NCBI GenBank assembly: GCA_951406725.2
Contig: OX597823.1
Location: forward strand, 10,602,001 to 10,666,000
Source of the DNA: Octopus vulgaris
Lineage: Eukaryota
Direction of reading: 5' to 3'
DNA length: 64,000 nucleotides
Shown one piece after another: positions 12,693 through 26,886 of this stretch. A program made the translations under genes and the position numbers. The notes under the pieces were generated by a model. The model was not told the origin of the DNA. It made no database searches and was given only the letters and a program-made list of their open reading frames with translations. Numbering within the stretch: position 1 is the stretch's first letter; each line of letters begins with the position of its first letter.

Positions 12693-13065
12693 GGTTACGA
12701 CGACGAGGCTTCCAGCTGATCCGATCAAAAGAACAGCTTGCTCGTGGAATTAACGTGCAAGTGGCTGCGCACTCCACAGACACGTTTACCCTTAACGTAG
12801 TTCTCGGGGAGATTCAGCGTGACACAGAGTGTGACAAAGCTGGCCCTTTGAAATACAGGTACAACAGAAACAGAAAGTAAGAGTGAGAGAAAGTTGTGGT
12901 GAAAGAGTACAGCAGGGTTCGCCACCATCCCCTGCCGGAGCTTCGTGGAGCTTTAGGTGTTTTAGCTCAATAAACACTCGCAACGCCCGGTCTCGGAATC
13001 GAAACCGCGATACTTCCTTCGACTGCGAGTCCGCTGCCTTAACTACTGGGCAATTGCGCCTCCAC
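12693..13065 (-). mobile_element. SINE family B, tail type 1
   Basis: Same head; tail homologous to 62580-62785. Confidence 0.85.
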
Positions 13066-13224
13066 ACATGCATACATACATACATACATACATACATACA
13101 TACATACATACATACATGAATAGATACTATAGACAGACACAAAGCTTTATGTATATATTATTAATGCGCTTACATATATTCCATACAGCACGCATGCTTT
13201 TACTTACATATACAAATATTTAAA

Positions 13225-13377
<153 letters not shown>

Positions 13378-13799
13378 GCTCACACGCATACAAAAAAGAA
13401 CATAAATACATAAAAGTATGTGTGTGTGAGTTAGGTACACACATTGTATCATTGGCTTGTATATACTATGCTAGCAATTTTCAGATCATGAACCCTGATA
13501 GACAATTTTGAAAGAACCCAAGAAGAGTTTTCTCTCAAACGCGCAAACATTGATATATACAAATGCAAATAAACAGTACAGAGTTTTATAGCCTGCCTGT
13601 ATATACAAACACACATACGCGGACACGCACACTTCACACAGTTACAGCTATGAGTAGACGTGCAAAGGCGTATCCATGCATATATGTACGAGTATTTGTA
13701 AATATACAAGAAGTTTTAACAGATATTTTAGAAATATTCATAGAGTGATTCTTGTATGGAAGAGTTAAAATTAAATAATGATGATAATAAATACTCTGA

Positions 13800-14490
13800 T
13801 GCAGTGATTGGAAGTGTTATCATTTGCATTGCTTTGTCTTAGTATAAAAGATGGGCTACAGCAAATATTCTGCTCAATACCAGAGATTTGCTTGTCAGTT
13901 GTTTGACCATAACCAGTTGAGCATATCCCTTAGTGGCTGACGATATGTGCATCTCTGATCACGAGCAAAAGTAGTAGGGGAGCATCACAGCCATGTGTTG
14001 AGAGGAATTCTTAGGGTGTTTCGATCAACATCCTTAAACAGCCCTTGTTCAAGGACCTTTTGAGAGGGATGGGCTATTCGAACACAAGAAAATTTTAACA
14101 GGACCTACTTGCAAGGCCATGCGTTAGATATTTTAATATGAGATCACCATGTCGCGCACATATGGTTGTGATGCATGTGCCTGGTGTACCCTTATCAGAC
14201 GGGTAGTCATGATGGGTATATTGGGCTTCGTATATTTTACCCCAGTGTCACTTTGATGGCATGCACTGCTCTCTTACTCAATAATAATAATAATGGTGAT
14301 GGTGATAATCCTTTCTGCTAAAGGCCCCACCTGCAAGGTCATGCACTGTTTATCTTGATATGGGATCACCATGTCGTGCACATATGTTTGTGATACAGTT
14401 GCCTGGTGTACCTTTATCAGACGGGTAGTCAACATGAGTATTTGGGCGTCACTTTGATGCCATGTATTGGTCTCTCACTCATTAATAATA
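13800..14490 (+). mobile_element. LINE 3'-end fragments ending in (AAT)n (R4/Dong-like, two tandem pieces)
   Basis: CCCTTATCAGACGGGTAGTCATGATGGG...GCACTGCTCTCTTACTCAATAATAAT recurs at 14190, 14410, 63520 and 63912; the clade assignment is inferred from the (TAA)n association. Confidence 0.6.
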
Positions 14491-14808
14491 ACAATAATAA
14501 CATGACAATATAATATTATATCATTAAAATAATGATATTTCAAATTATAAGTACAATGCCAGAAGTAAAGGAGATGAGAATACGGATTTATTATGATCCC
14601 AGTAGGTAACTGGTACTAATTATACAGAACTCGAACCGGCGAGAGGCCAAGTCAACGAAACAAATGTTTGAACTCAAAAATAGAAGACGGACCAAACCTA
14701 GAAAGCATTTCATCTATCCTAGCAGGGATTATATCAGCTCGATAACAGTAACAACAACAATAGCATCTGTAATAAGGATACTATTAAGTTTGATATTATA
14801 TCATAATA

Positions 14809-15148
14809 GTGAAGGCGCATGGCTCAGTGGTTAGAGCGCCGATCTTACGACCGTGAGGTTGTGAATTCGAATCCCGGACCGGGCTGCGTGTTGTGTTCTT
14901 GAGCAAGACACTTTATTTCACATTGCTCCAGTTTACTCAGCTGTAGAAATGAGTTGTGACGTCACTGGTGCCAAGCTGTATCGGCCTCTTTGCCTTTCCC
15001 TTGAATGACATCGGTGGCGTGGAGAGGGGAGGCTGGTATGCATGGGCGACTGCTGGTCTTCCATAAAACAACCTTGCCCTGACTTGTACCTGGGATGGTA
15101 ACTTTCTAGGTGCAATCCCATGGTCATTCGTGACCGAAGGTGGTCTCT
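14809..15148 (+). mobile_element. tRNA-derived CORE-type SINE, family E
   Basis: A-box TGGCTCAGTGG, B-box ATTCGAATCCC, CORE-like GTGTTCTTGAGCAAGACACTTTATTTCAC...CAGCTGTAGAAATGAGT. Confidence 0.8.
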
Positions 15149-15408
15149 GCAATCATATCATTATATTATTATTATTATTATCGCTTTTAATTAAACTAAC
15201 TTACATACGAAGTTGATAAGTGAATAATTAGATACTTAATTATCACTTAATTTACTTATTAGGTTGAGCGTTTATTTATTTTTTTTTTAATTTAAAAATG
15301 CACGCAGAAATAAAAACGCTTTGGCAAAATGTTTCATATTACTTGAAAGGAGATCTTTTGCTCTAAAAGATTAAAATTTTATTGATTTTGGGGTATTTTC
15401 ATATCAAG

Positions 15409-15548
15409 ATGGGATGTCAAAGTGGACAAAACTGAGCCTTTTCGACACCATTTGCATTTTGCGTTGAATCGAGTTGTTAAATCCGCTGAAGATGCTCCTG
15501 GGGTTTGTGCTGCGTATGGAGAAGGGACAATGCCTCAAAGTACCGCCC
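15409..15548 (+). pseudogene. mariner transposase N-terminal HTH remnant
   Basis: After a +1 frameshift: VDKTEPFRHHLHFALNRVVKSAEDAPGVCAAYGEGTMPQSTA, matching mariner HFRH.LLF.F..G..AAEA...IC.VYGEG. Confidence 0.75.
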
Positions 15549-15673
15549 TTTTCTTTGGAAAAACAAAATAAGACGTGCGTGTAGATACACACATACACAT
15601 ACACACATGCACATATACTTGCATATATATACACACATACATATACGCATACATACAAACATGCATACATGTG

Positions 15674-15702
<29 letters not shown>

Positions 15703-15704
<2 letters not shown>

Positions 15705-16001
15705 CACCGTGATCACCGTGACTGACCAGGCTATCAGATGCTGCTACACATCGCTGGTCACAATGCGTTTCGCATTGTTTTAGTCTTTAAATGACGCCAC
15801 CCTGCTGGCTAAGCGAGCAGGCCAACAGAAGAAAGAGTGAGAGAAAGTTGTGGCGAAAGAGTACAGCAGGGATCACCACTATCCCCTGCCGGAGCCGCGT
15901 GGAGCTTTAGGTGTTTTCGCTCAATAAACACTCACAACGCCCGGTCTGGGAATCGAAACCGCGAGCCCGCTGCCCTATCCACTGGGCCATTGCGCCTCCA
16001 C
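15703..16001 (-). mobile_element. SINE family B, tail type 2
   Basis: Homologous to 1135-1448. Confidence 0.88.
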
Positions 16002-16041
16002 ATATACATATATATATACGTAAATATATATACACACATAA

Positions 16042-16139
<98 letters not shown>

Positions 16140-16372
16140 GTGTGCGTGTGTGTGATCGTGTCTCTGTATGTGTGTGCGTATATGAGCATGTGCGTATTTG
16201 TATGTGCATATATCTTTCTATGTTCGTATGTATTTCAACGTATGCATATATTTGTATGCATGCATCAGTATGTATATATTTGTGTATATATGTGTATGTG
16301 TATGCATGAATATATGCGTGCGTTTTTGTGTATGTATCTATGTATGTGTATCTATACGTATATATATATAAA

Positions 16373-16770
16373 CTAGCAGTATCACCCGGCGTTGCTCGGG
16401 TTTGTAAGAGAAATAACTATATAAGCATTTTTAGAGATGTAATGTATAATAGCCATCTCAATATGGCTAACCACAAAAGGGGGGGTGTGTTACTGTAGCT
16501 TTTTACGTTCTGAGATTTAATAATAAATTTTTAGAGAGTTACTTCCCTTATATATGCCAAAAAATGCATTGAAAATGGGAAAAATTGATGGTAAATTTTT
16601 TTTTATCGTAGACTCATCGTAGACGCGCGCTAATACCCAGAAGGGCTCGATATGAATCACGACTATAAGATACCCGGTTTTGGTTAAACTGCACCGCAAA
16701 ATGTGGGAGTAGTTAGGAATCTAAATCGTAGGAGACAGACAGCACACAACCTCACTTTTATATATAAAGA
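16373..16770 (-). mobile_element. non-autonomous Helitron (~400 bp)
   Basis: Minus strand A|TCTTTATATATAAAAG...CCCGAGCAACGCCGGG(hairpin)-TGATACTG-CTAG|T; no TSD; near-identical copies at 34628, 54835 and 63103. Confidence 0.92.
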
Positions 16771-17427
16771 TTTGACCTTGTATTACGTACGTTTCTTAAA
16801 TCCATCTGTAACTCTCTTTTTATATCTCTCATACTTTATTCGCTATTCTCCCGTCTAGCTCTCTATATAACTCCTGATTACTTTATTAACTATATTTAAA
16901 GGCTTTATCAAAGTAGAAACTTTGTATTTTTTGATTCTCTGTCAGAAGAATTTTTAGTAAGAGTTATATCAAATGTTTGTCGTACACGTACAATTTTGAA
17001 AGCTCCTCCTATGATCAACTGAAACACGTGTTATTTTGAACAAATTATACCAAAATGTTTTTCCAATCTCCTGTTTGGATTTGAAACTATTCTGCAAATA
17101 CTGTATTCCAGTATTTGTCAACACTTATGCGTGCCTCACACAATCATAACATCGTTATTTAGTATTCGAATAAGCAGGCACGATTCATGAGGACACAGCT
17201 TGAATTATATCCCTATTTAGGTAATACGTATGCATGCATGCATGCAAGCATGTACGTATATAGGTATGTATGTATGTATGTATGTATGTATGTATGTATG
17301 TATGTATGTATGTATGTATGTATGTCTCTTCTGTATTTAATGAACTGAATTCTTCCTCTGGAGAAGGAACTGGTTTCTAACAAAGATACAAAGCTCCAAC
17401 ATTGGAATGTAGATAACGAAAGCAATG

Positions 17428-17757
17428 TCACATTTTAAACCTGAGAAAAGTCTTGCATAATTTCACAGTTCCACTTACCGATTGTATTTGTAATTAGCGA
17501 ATCAGTTAGTTGATCTCTTTTTCTGAAAATCACGGCTGATCCAAACTGACAGTCAGCCATTTACTTACAAAATCAAACGCTCCAGTTATTAGTAACCCGA
17601 TTAAGAAACTGGAGCTTTCGAATTAGTTGCCCATAGTCATCTTCTTTCTCTTTGATTTTCAAAGAAATATTCACATCAGCAGGTCAAATGACCTCTATGA
17701 TGGTACATGATTTTCGTGTCCCAAAGAACAATATCTGGCCTGTTATGCTTACATCTG
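17428..17757 (-). pseudogene. R4/Dong-type LINE restriction-like endonuclease C-terminus (degenerate)
   Basis: [35 protein letters not shown]...LQIQSVSGTVKLCKTFLRFKM*: PD-(D/E) RLE motif with stops and frameshifts. Confidence 0.8.
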
Positions 17758-17776
17758 TCTATCTATCTATCTATCC

Positions 17777-17859
<83 letters not shown>

Positions 17860-17868
17860 CATATATCC

Positions 17869-17962
<94 letters not shown>
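17758..17962. repeat. (CTAT)n microsatellite
   Basis: Directly visible. Confidence 0.95.
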
Positions 17963-18149
17963 TTAAAGAGAGAGAGAGAGAGAGAGAGACAAATAGACAT
18001 GCATACACATTAATATTCATAACACTGGTCAAATATTTTTAGGGTGAGAACCATGTTTTTTATTCTGACGTAGCGTATTTAGAACTACATTCCTTTTTCT
18101 AATAGTATGATTTGATTTCATACTGTTTTGACTACCACTTCAAGCATGT

Positions 18150-18260
18150 TATGCGCATGTATGGCACCTGGGGCCAGTGTTTTCAACTATATAACCTCGG
18201 GCCGACCAAAGCCTTGGGAGTGGATTTGGTAGACAGAAACTGAAAGAAGGCTGTCGTATG

Positions 18261-18302
<42 letters not shown>

Positions 18303-18570
18303 ATGTGTCTCGTTACCGTTTGACAACTGGTATGTTGGTGTGCTTACGTCCCCGTAACTTAGCGCTTCGGCAATAGAGAACGATAGAATAAGTACAAAGC
18401 TTTAAAAAAAAATAAAACAATACATGGGCTCGACTAAACCGATATAATAACTACTAGGCCTACTAGGATATGATAAGTACTAATCGATTTCTTCGACCAA
18501 AATCCCTTGGAGGCGGTGCTCCAGCCTGGCCGCAGTGAAATGACTGAAATAAGTAAAACAGTAAAAGAGT
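18150..18570 (+). mobile_element. SINE family A, degenerate
   Basis: Family A body and tail. Confidence 0.75.
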
Positions 18571-19002
18571 ATATATTATGCAGACACAGATACAATGTAG
18601 ATATCAAGAAAGATATATCGATGGAGAAAAGTGGATAGAGGAACAGATTACGATTGACTCTATAGACATGAGACAAATGTCTACCATTTTATAAATTAAT
18701 TTTCTTTTTTGCTGTTTTATTTTTTTTTTTTTTTTTGCTTCTGTATTTTTATTGCCTATCTTTTTTGTATAGCAATAATATCCCTTAGCGTGGAGAATAA
18801 TAATATCTTGGCGTGTCATATGCTGTAGAAATGCAAATACCAAAAAAATCAAAACAAAAACCAAAAAAAAATCAACCTTAACAAGAATACCACGAAGAAC
18901 TACCAATTGCTATGTAATTATATATTTTCTCGCTGAGTCAATCAATGATAAAACATGATAATTCCGCCTTTTAAAAAAAAAGTAAATTAAAACTTTTATT
19001 AT

Positions 19003-19274
19003 TGATGTTGTTGTTGTTTTTCTCTGTATTGTCTGTGGTAATTTTTTTTTTTTGCTGCTGCTGCTGCTGCTGCTAGTGTTGATGATGAGTAAAAGGAGGT
19101 GGACGATGATGATGGCGGCGGTGGCGGTGGCGGTGTCGGTGGTGGTGGTGGTGGTGGTGGGGGTGGTGGGGGTGGGGTGGGGGTTGTAATGATGATATGC
19201 ATTCTTTGCTAGTGCTGCTTGTTTATGCTGATGAAGCCGCTGTTGCCGCTGCTGCTGCTGCTACTGCTGCTGAA

Positions 19275-19308
<34 letters not shown>

Positions 19309-19402
19309 TTGATAATGATGACGAGGAGGAAGTGGAGGTTGTGGTGGGTAGCAAAAGTGTGGGTGATGATAATGGTGATGGAGAGAGTATGATGATGGTG
19401 AA

Positions 19403-19446
<44 letters not shown>

Positions 19447-19500
19447 CGAGGAGGGAGTGGAGGATGCGGTGGGGAGCAAAAATGTGGGTGATGATGATGG

Positions 19501-19532
<32 letters not shown>

Positions 19533-19579
19533 GTGATGGTGATGGTGATGGTGATGGTGATGATGATGATGATGATGAT
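19003..19579. repeat. mosaic trinucleotide repeat block (GCT/GGT/GAT/GGC)
   Basis: Directly visible. Confidence 0.9.
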
Positions 19580-19869
19580 CTTTTCATCTTTCTTCCTGGA
19601 AAGGCAATTTGACGCTCGGGAATGTTGCCACCTTCCATCCCTGCTTCATCAACGCGCCAAAATGTCAGCCGTGTTTAATTGAGCGTCACTTCTGTTTGGA
19701 TACACACACACACACACACATACACACGCTCACACACACGCACACACACACATACTCGGACACACACACACACACAGAGTCAGAAGCTTGGATATTTCTA
19801 CTGAGGTCGCCATGTTTGTTATATAGTTTGGCCAGGAGTAGTAAGTAACTAAGGCTATCTCACGTACGC

Positions 19870-19937
<68 letters not shown>

Positions 19938-20999
19938 CATACATATACATGATCTCTCATACTTGCACAGCGGTTCCCTCCACTCATACTCACACACACA
20001 CATTCACACAGCTAAAAAGAAAACTCTAATCACTTTGTATGTATATATATATATATGCATGTAATGTGTGTGTGCGTGTGTGTATAATTGTGTTTGTACG
20101 TATATACACACACCCATACGCTCACGCCGTGTGTATAAGTGTGTGTGTACGCAATGGTCTCTATGAATGTTGGTATTTTAGAGGAAAAACATAAACAAAC
20201 AATGTAGAACGGTTTTTTTTGTTCCCGAGAGAGCGTTAACGGATATTATGGGGAGGATGTAGAGAGGGAGAGGACAGACGTTTGTTTGGTTTAAGAGTTT
20301 TAACGCTTGTGGGTTAATTCTTTCGTATCTGATGTCGCTACTCTGCCAAAGTAACTCAATTTAAATCGAGTGACAAGCTTTTTGCCTCTGATCCCTTTTG
20401 TGTCTTTCTTTTTTACTTTGCAGTCTATAGGATTTATAAAGGCAATTTAGGGATAATGGCTTTGAAGCACCTTCTTATTTATAATGCGATTGCGAATTTT
20501 TCTTCCTTTGCAGAGGCTCTCAGTAACATTTAGTCGCCATTATATGCACATACACGTACACGTACAAACATACGTACACGCACGCATATGCTTACCCCCA
20601 CTCACACACACACAATATGTATATATATATATACGTGTGTGTACTTGCAAATGTGCATCATCTACTTGTATATGCGTGTGTGATTGTCTTTTTATTAATT
20701 ATTTTTAATGAATTCTTCGTACTTGGAAATAGCTGGATTATTAAAAAATATGGAATATGTTTATCGCTGGAAATTGGATAATAATAATGATAAGCGTTAC
20801 ATATTCAAATTCAGAAGTCCTTGCATAATGTTACAGTTCTACCAAAGATTGTGTATATCTTATATATATAGGCTTAGGAGTGGCTGTGTGGTAAGTAGCT
20901 TGCTTACCACACAGCCACATGGTTCCGGGTTCAGTCCCACTGCGTTGCACCTAGGGCGTCACTTCTGTTTATAGTCTTCTACTATATTCTGTTATTCTG

Positions 21000-21622
21000 A
21001 TTTCCATTAGAAAATCTTTGGAAATTGAATACTTCTCGAGGATTTTTCTCCCGGACCGTATTCTCCTTATCTTGACCATTCGGTTGATACATTTATTGTT
21101 GCTGACGTTCTTTAGCGGTCGTTCCCTGAAGAATGTCAACGACTTTGAAAGGTTGTATCCACTGAACTTAATATCTTCCTTCTTTTCTCTTGAGAAGGAA
21201 ATTTGCTGGTTTTAATGCCTTTGAAGCGGATTTCCACAAAAGACCAGCCAAAGCTTCCAAATGTAAGTATCGGGGTTAATAAATATAGCATTGTTGGATA
21301 TTGTTTTGTTCTTAGATCTGACTGCCATAATATTTTAGTCCGGTATAATATTCTTTGGTGACACTATCTTTGTTTCACAGCATCTTTGCACGATCATTTT
21401 ACCTGAATGGTATTTTTAGTTCTCATTTTGTATAACACGGGAAACAGATATTATCAATGCAAAGTCTTGGATTTGGGAAACAATTATCCTGCACTTCCAT
21501 TAGTCAGATATTAATACGTTTGGACAAAATTCATCCCTGTAAATGTTCTTATAAAATTCAGCTGTTTCTCAGTATTCTAAATATTACTTGGATACATATT
21601 TAAGTCATCCACAATGATTTAT
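21000..21622 (-). pseudogene. R4/Dong-type LINE reverse-transcriptase remnant
   Basis: VDDLNMY...KQLNFIRTF.GMNF (cf. DDLKLY...DIGM.FG), KDSVTKEYY, NKTISNN..PILTFG..WSFVEIR...IKT; many disablements. Confidence 0.7.
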
Positions 21623-22119
21623 GATTATTACTGTTGTAGGTGCTAGCACATAATCAGTGAATTTTCTTAACAAGAATAACAGTAAACACACTGCTAAGAT
21701 ATACGCGAGCACAGAAAGTATGACTCAAAAGAATATTCCCTTTTGAATAATTTTTATAACCACGGAGACAATAGGTCAACTTTCAGTTACAACTGTAAAA
21801 ACCGTAAAAACCAAATCTGCTGATAACACCCGCTAAGTCAGCAGGTAATTTTGCGGATGTGTAAATCTATACTTGTTTGTTTCTTTGCTTCAGTGTGTGT
21901 GTGTGTGTGTGTGTGCTCACGGCAACAGCCTCGCCCGGAGCGAAACGCAGACTAAACTTTCAACTAAATATGATAAACGAATCTATTCATATTATTTAAC
22001 ATAAAAAAGTTCTGCGTTTGACAATGCTTACAGAATACAAAACTACATTTTGAATATATTTTACGATACTTTACAACTCTTAAATTACATTATATACATA
22101 CAATAGATGTATACATACA

Positions 22120-22210
<91 letters not shown>

Positions 22211-22345
22211 ATATATATATATATGTATGTATATATATGTATATATATGTATGTATATATGTATATATATATGTATGTATATATGTATGTATATATATGT
22301 ATATATATATATATGTATGTATATATATGTATATGTATATATATG

Positions 22346-22376
<31 letters not shown>

Positions 22377-23829
22377 GTATGTATATATATATATATGTAT
22401 ATATATGTATATATATGTATGTGGGGAGAGAGAGAGAGAGAAGAGATAGAGTATTTGACATGAAGATGTTAAATGTAATACATTTTAACTTCCCTGATCC
22501 GAGGCACGTGATCGCAATTATGGTGATGAAAGACATAAATAGTAAGTTAAGACACAGGTACGCTTCGACAATATTGCAGATGCTTAATATTTAAACAGAG
22601 TTGCATAATATTTATTGACAAGCAATTTTCTTGTCACACAAACTTACTGACTATGTAATTAATGTTCTCCAAATTATCATTTTCGTGACAGAGCAGAATT
22701 TATATTTCTTTCAATGTGAAATGAATTACATGTATTTCCGTCAGTATCACCTCATTTTCTAGTACTTATTTTATTAGGGGAAATTTCAAAATAGTTGATG
22801 ATTTGAGCATTATTTGGACGACGGGCATCAGAGGCAAGTTATCCACTTCGAATTTGTTGTTGGATGACTTAAAAGGAAAATTGAATCTACAAGCATCAAG
22901 TTTTGAAATTTTACTATCGTTTGCCAGCTTCTATTCTTGTAACTAAACAGGAAAACATACATCAAAGCTAATCCAGTTTCCGTGTAACAAAATTCTATGG
23001 CCAATAAGGAAGAAACCGAAAGTAAATTTTCTTTCGCTCTTAAAATAATTTCCAGCTCAGTGGGCGAAATATTTATATCATTTCAACTAGAAACTGTTAG
23101 TTTATCCAAGCACTTCTGCTAGGTATCCGAATATATCCAGGCCTCAACACTTCAGTAAAAGACAAGAGCGCTTATGTCAATCTGCCGGGCCTCAGTGAGA
23201 AATAAGCAGCAATTGTAATTTGTCTTTTTTAGACGAAATAGCCTCTGATATGTGTTATGTTATCTACAAACTATTCAACTGGTTCAATGAAAACAACATC
23301 GAACTCACAATATACCCTACTGCGAAACAAAATAAAATTGAAATATCTTCATAAACATATGAAACCAAAATACTTAACCAAGATATGAAGAAGCACTTCA
23401 GTGGATGGCTGAAACAGCCATAATCTTTTTTAGGCTTAAGGCAGCGAGGTATCAGAATCGTTAGAGCGTCAGCAGAAGGCCTTGTGCTTATTGCTCTGGC
23501 TCTTTACGCTCTGATTTCAAAACATTCCACACATGTCAAATTTGTCTTACATCTCTCCAGTGTCGATAAAATAATGTATCAGTAAACTAATGGGGTTGAT
23601 AATATTTACTAAGCATATTTCCTCATAAAATACAGATCATGAGGTTTTGTACTAAATCAGAAATCATTATTCTCCCTTAGAATTTTATATAAAATTCCGT
23701 CTACACAATTCATTCTATAATCTCAATGAGAGCAAATAAAATTTTTAAAAAATAGAGGACGCAAACGGTCCCCGCATGGCCGCAGGACCAATGGCTAATA
23801 AGTAATAACAGTAAAATGCTACATGTATA

Positions 23830-25095
23830 CAGGGATTAGACAAAATAAGGGAAACATCTTAAAATTTCAAACAAATTTATTCCAATATGGGGTAGGACCG
23901 CCTTAGGCGGTAATTACAGCTTGAATTCTACAAGGTATGGACTCGTACAAAGTTTCAATTGTTTCCAAAAGAATTTTTATCCATTCTTCAGCTAAAACAG
24001 TCTCCAGTTCTTGTAGTGATGATGGGGAAGGATATCGAATCCTTACTTGTTTTTCTAAAATGCACCATAAATGTTCAATAATATTGAAATATGGGGACTA
24101 TGGATGTTCCTCGTGCCATTCAGTAACAATTTTATTGTGTGAATTGGTGCATTATCATTCTGAAAGATTGCGTTTCCCTCCGAGAACAGTTCCGCAACCA
24201 TAGCGTGAATTTGATCAGATAAAATGCTTAAATAGTCTTGACTATTAATTCTGCCATGAAGGGAAACCATTGGGTCGGCGGATTTCCAAGATATAGCCCC
24301 CCACCCCCAGGTCATCACAGATTTCCCTCCATGTCTAACATTTGGAAGAAGGCAGTCTGGGTCAAATGCTTCCTTTGGCTGTCTCCACATCTATTCTCGG
24401 CCGGTGGTTGGAAATAGGGTAAAGGATGGCTCGTCCGAGAAAATAACATTCTTCTACCGCTCTAGGGACCAATTCTGTAGGTTTTTACTTCACTCTAAAC
24501 GCTTCGCAAAGTTTATTTTTGAAAGTAGTGGTTTTCTGATTGCAGGCCTCTCATTAAATCCGGCTTTGTGCAGCTCCCACCGAACAGTTTTTGTGGAAAC
24601 TGGGTTCACGAGGTGGTCATTAAGCTCTGCAGTAATTTTGGGAGCTGTACCTTTGTGATCCTTTCTAACAATTCATGTAAGAGTCCGACGGTCCCTATCT
24701 GAAAGTTTTGGTTTTCTTCCTGAGTTTTGTTTCGACGAGGCGGTTTTTCCCTCTTTCTCAAAGGCTGTAATCACAGCCTTTCGAGACAGTACTTCTTGAT
24801 ACACCAAACATTTCGGCTGTTTTCGTTACGCTAGCGCCTGTCATACGAGCACCAACAAATTGACCTCTTTGAAAGTCCGATCTGTCATTTTAATGAATTT
24901 TAATTACCTTTTTCTGTTGATATCTGAAACAGCAATTTTTAGCAAATTGAAACAGCTATTTTAGCAAAACATATTAACCAACGCTAATACTAAATCCCAA
25001 AACATAAAAATAAACAAGCTTTTGGCGGTTCTATAGATATTTCAAAATTATGATGCTATGATGCTAGGTGCTTCCATTATTTTGTCCAACCCCTG
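23830..25095 (-). mobile_element. Tc1-like DNA transposon, full length, defective
   Basis: TIRs CAGGGATTAGACAAAATAAGGGAAAC / GCTTCCATTATTTTGTCCAACCCCTG, TA TSD on both sides. Confidence 0.92.
23884..24888 (-). pseudogene. Tc1 (DD34E-type) transposase pseudogene
   Basis: M..SDFQRGQFVGARMTGASVT; FSDEP; CLLPNVRHGGKSVMTWG..ISW; IFQNDNAPIHT; ends GGPTPY; frameshifted. Confidence 0.88.
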
Positions 25096-26886
25096 TATAC
25101 ATGTTTGTATGTATGTATATATATTACATGTACTGTAACAGCCATCTTTATACAAAGCAATAATTAACCCAATCAAGTAATACAATTGGTTTTTATTAAT
25201 ATTTTCTCTTCCTGCTCCAGCGGCACAAATTAAACCTTTAAAATGGCTTTTGAGAAGTTTCAGTTTGCTAAATGATGCTTCTGTCAATGATACCGCAGTT
25301 GGAATTGTTAATAATGCTTTCTACTAAGGGCACAAGACCTGAATCTTTTTGTGTGTGTGTGTGGGGGGGGACCATTCGATTACATGGACCCCAGTGATTC
25401 ACTAGTACTTAATTTATTGTCCCCGAAAGGCTGAAAGGCAAAGTCGACCTCGGAAGAATTTGAACTCCGAACGTAAAGACAGACGAATTGCCGCTAAGCA
25501 TTTCGCCCGGCGTGCTAACCATTCTGCCAGCTGGACGCCTTGGAATTGTTAATAATACTCTCGAATTAACATAAGCATACTCTCTTTTACTCTTTTACTT
25601 GTTTCAGTCATTTGACTGCGGCCATGCTGGAGCATCGCTTTTAGAAGAGCACATCGACCCCCAGGACTTATTCTTTGTAAGCCTAGTACTGATTCTATCG
25701 GTTTCTTTTGCCGAACCGCTAGGTTACGGGGACGTAAACGCACCAGCATCGGTTGTCAAGCGATGTTGGGGGGACAAATACAGACACATACACATACATA
25801 TATACATATACATACATACATATATACGATGGGCTTCTTTCAGTTTCCGTCTACCAAATCCACTCACAAGGCTTTAGTCGGTCCAAGGCTATAGCAGAAG
25901 ACACTTGTTCGAGCGGCTGTTTTCGTTACGCTAGCGCCTGTCATACGAGCACCAACAAATTGACCTCTTTGAAAGTCCGATCTGTCATTTTAATGAATTT
26001 TAATTACCTTTTTCTGTTGATATCTGAAACAGCAATTTTAGCAAATTGAAACAGCAATTTTAGCAAATCATATTAAGCAACACTAATAATAAATCCCAAA
26101 ACATAAAAATAAACAAGCTTTTGGCGGTTTTATAGATATTTCAAAATTATGATGCTATGATGCTAGGTGCTTCCATTATTTTGTCCAACCCCTGTATATA
26201 TGTTTGTATGTATGTATATATATTACATGTACTGTAACAGCCATCTTTATACAAAGCAATAATTAACCCAATCAAGTAATATAATTGGTTTTTATTAATA
26301 TTTTCTATTCCTGCTCCAGCGGCACAAATTAAACCTTTAAAATGGCTTTTGAGAAGTTTCAGTTTGCTAAATGATGCTTCTGTCAATGATACCGCAGTTG
26401 GAATTGTTAATAATCCTTTCTACTAAGGGCACAAGACCTGAATTTTTTTGTGTGTGTGGGGGGGGGACCATTCGATTACATGGACCCCAGTGATTCACTA
26501 GTACTTAATTTATTGTCCCCGAAAGGCTGAAAGGCAAAGTCGACCTCGGAAGAATTTGAACTCCGAACGTAAAGACAGACGAATTGCCGCTAAGCATTTC
26601 GCCCGGCGTGCTAACGATTCTGTCAGCTGGACGCCTTGGAATTGTTAATAATACTCTCGAATTAACATAAGCATACTCTCTTTTACTCTTTTACTTGTTT
26701 CAGTCATTTGACTGCGGCCATGCTGGGGCATCACCTTTAGAAGAGCACATCGACCCCCGGACTTATTCTTTGTAAGCCTAGTACTGATTCTATCGGTTTC
26801 TTTTGCCGAACCGCTAAGTTACGGGGACGTAAACGCACCAGCATCGGTTGTCAAGCGATGTTGGGGGGACAAATACAGACACAAAC

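Noticed and set aside
15404-15580. Minus-strand terminal host exon with AATAAA
   Set aside because: The plus strand is better explained as a mariner N-terminal remnant
17470-17570. Small minus-strand exon with GTAAGT donors
   Set aside because: Lies inside the LINE RLE remnant; the implied intron is only ~46 nt
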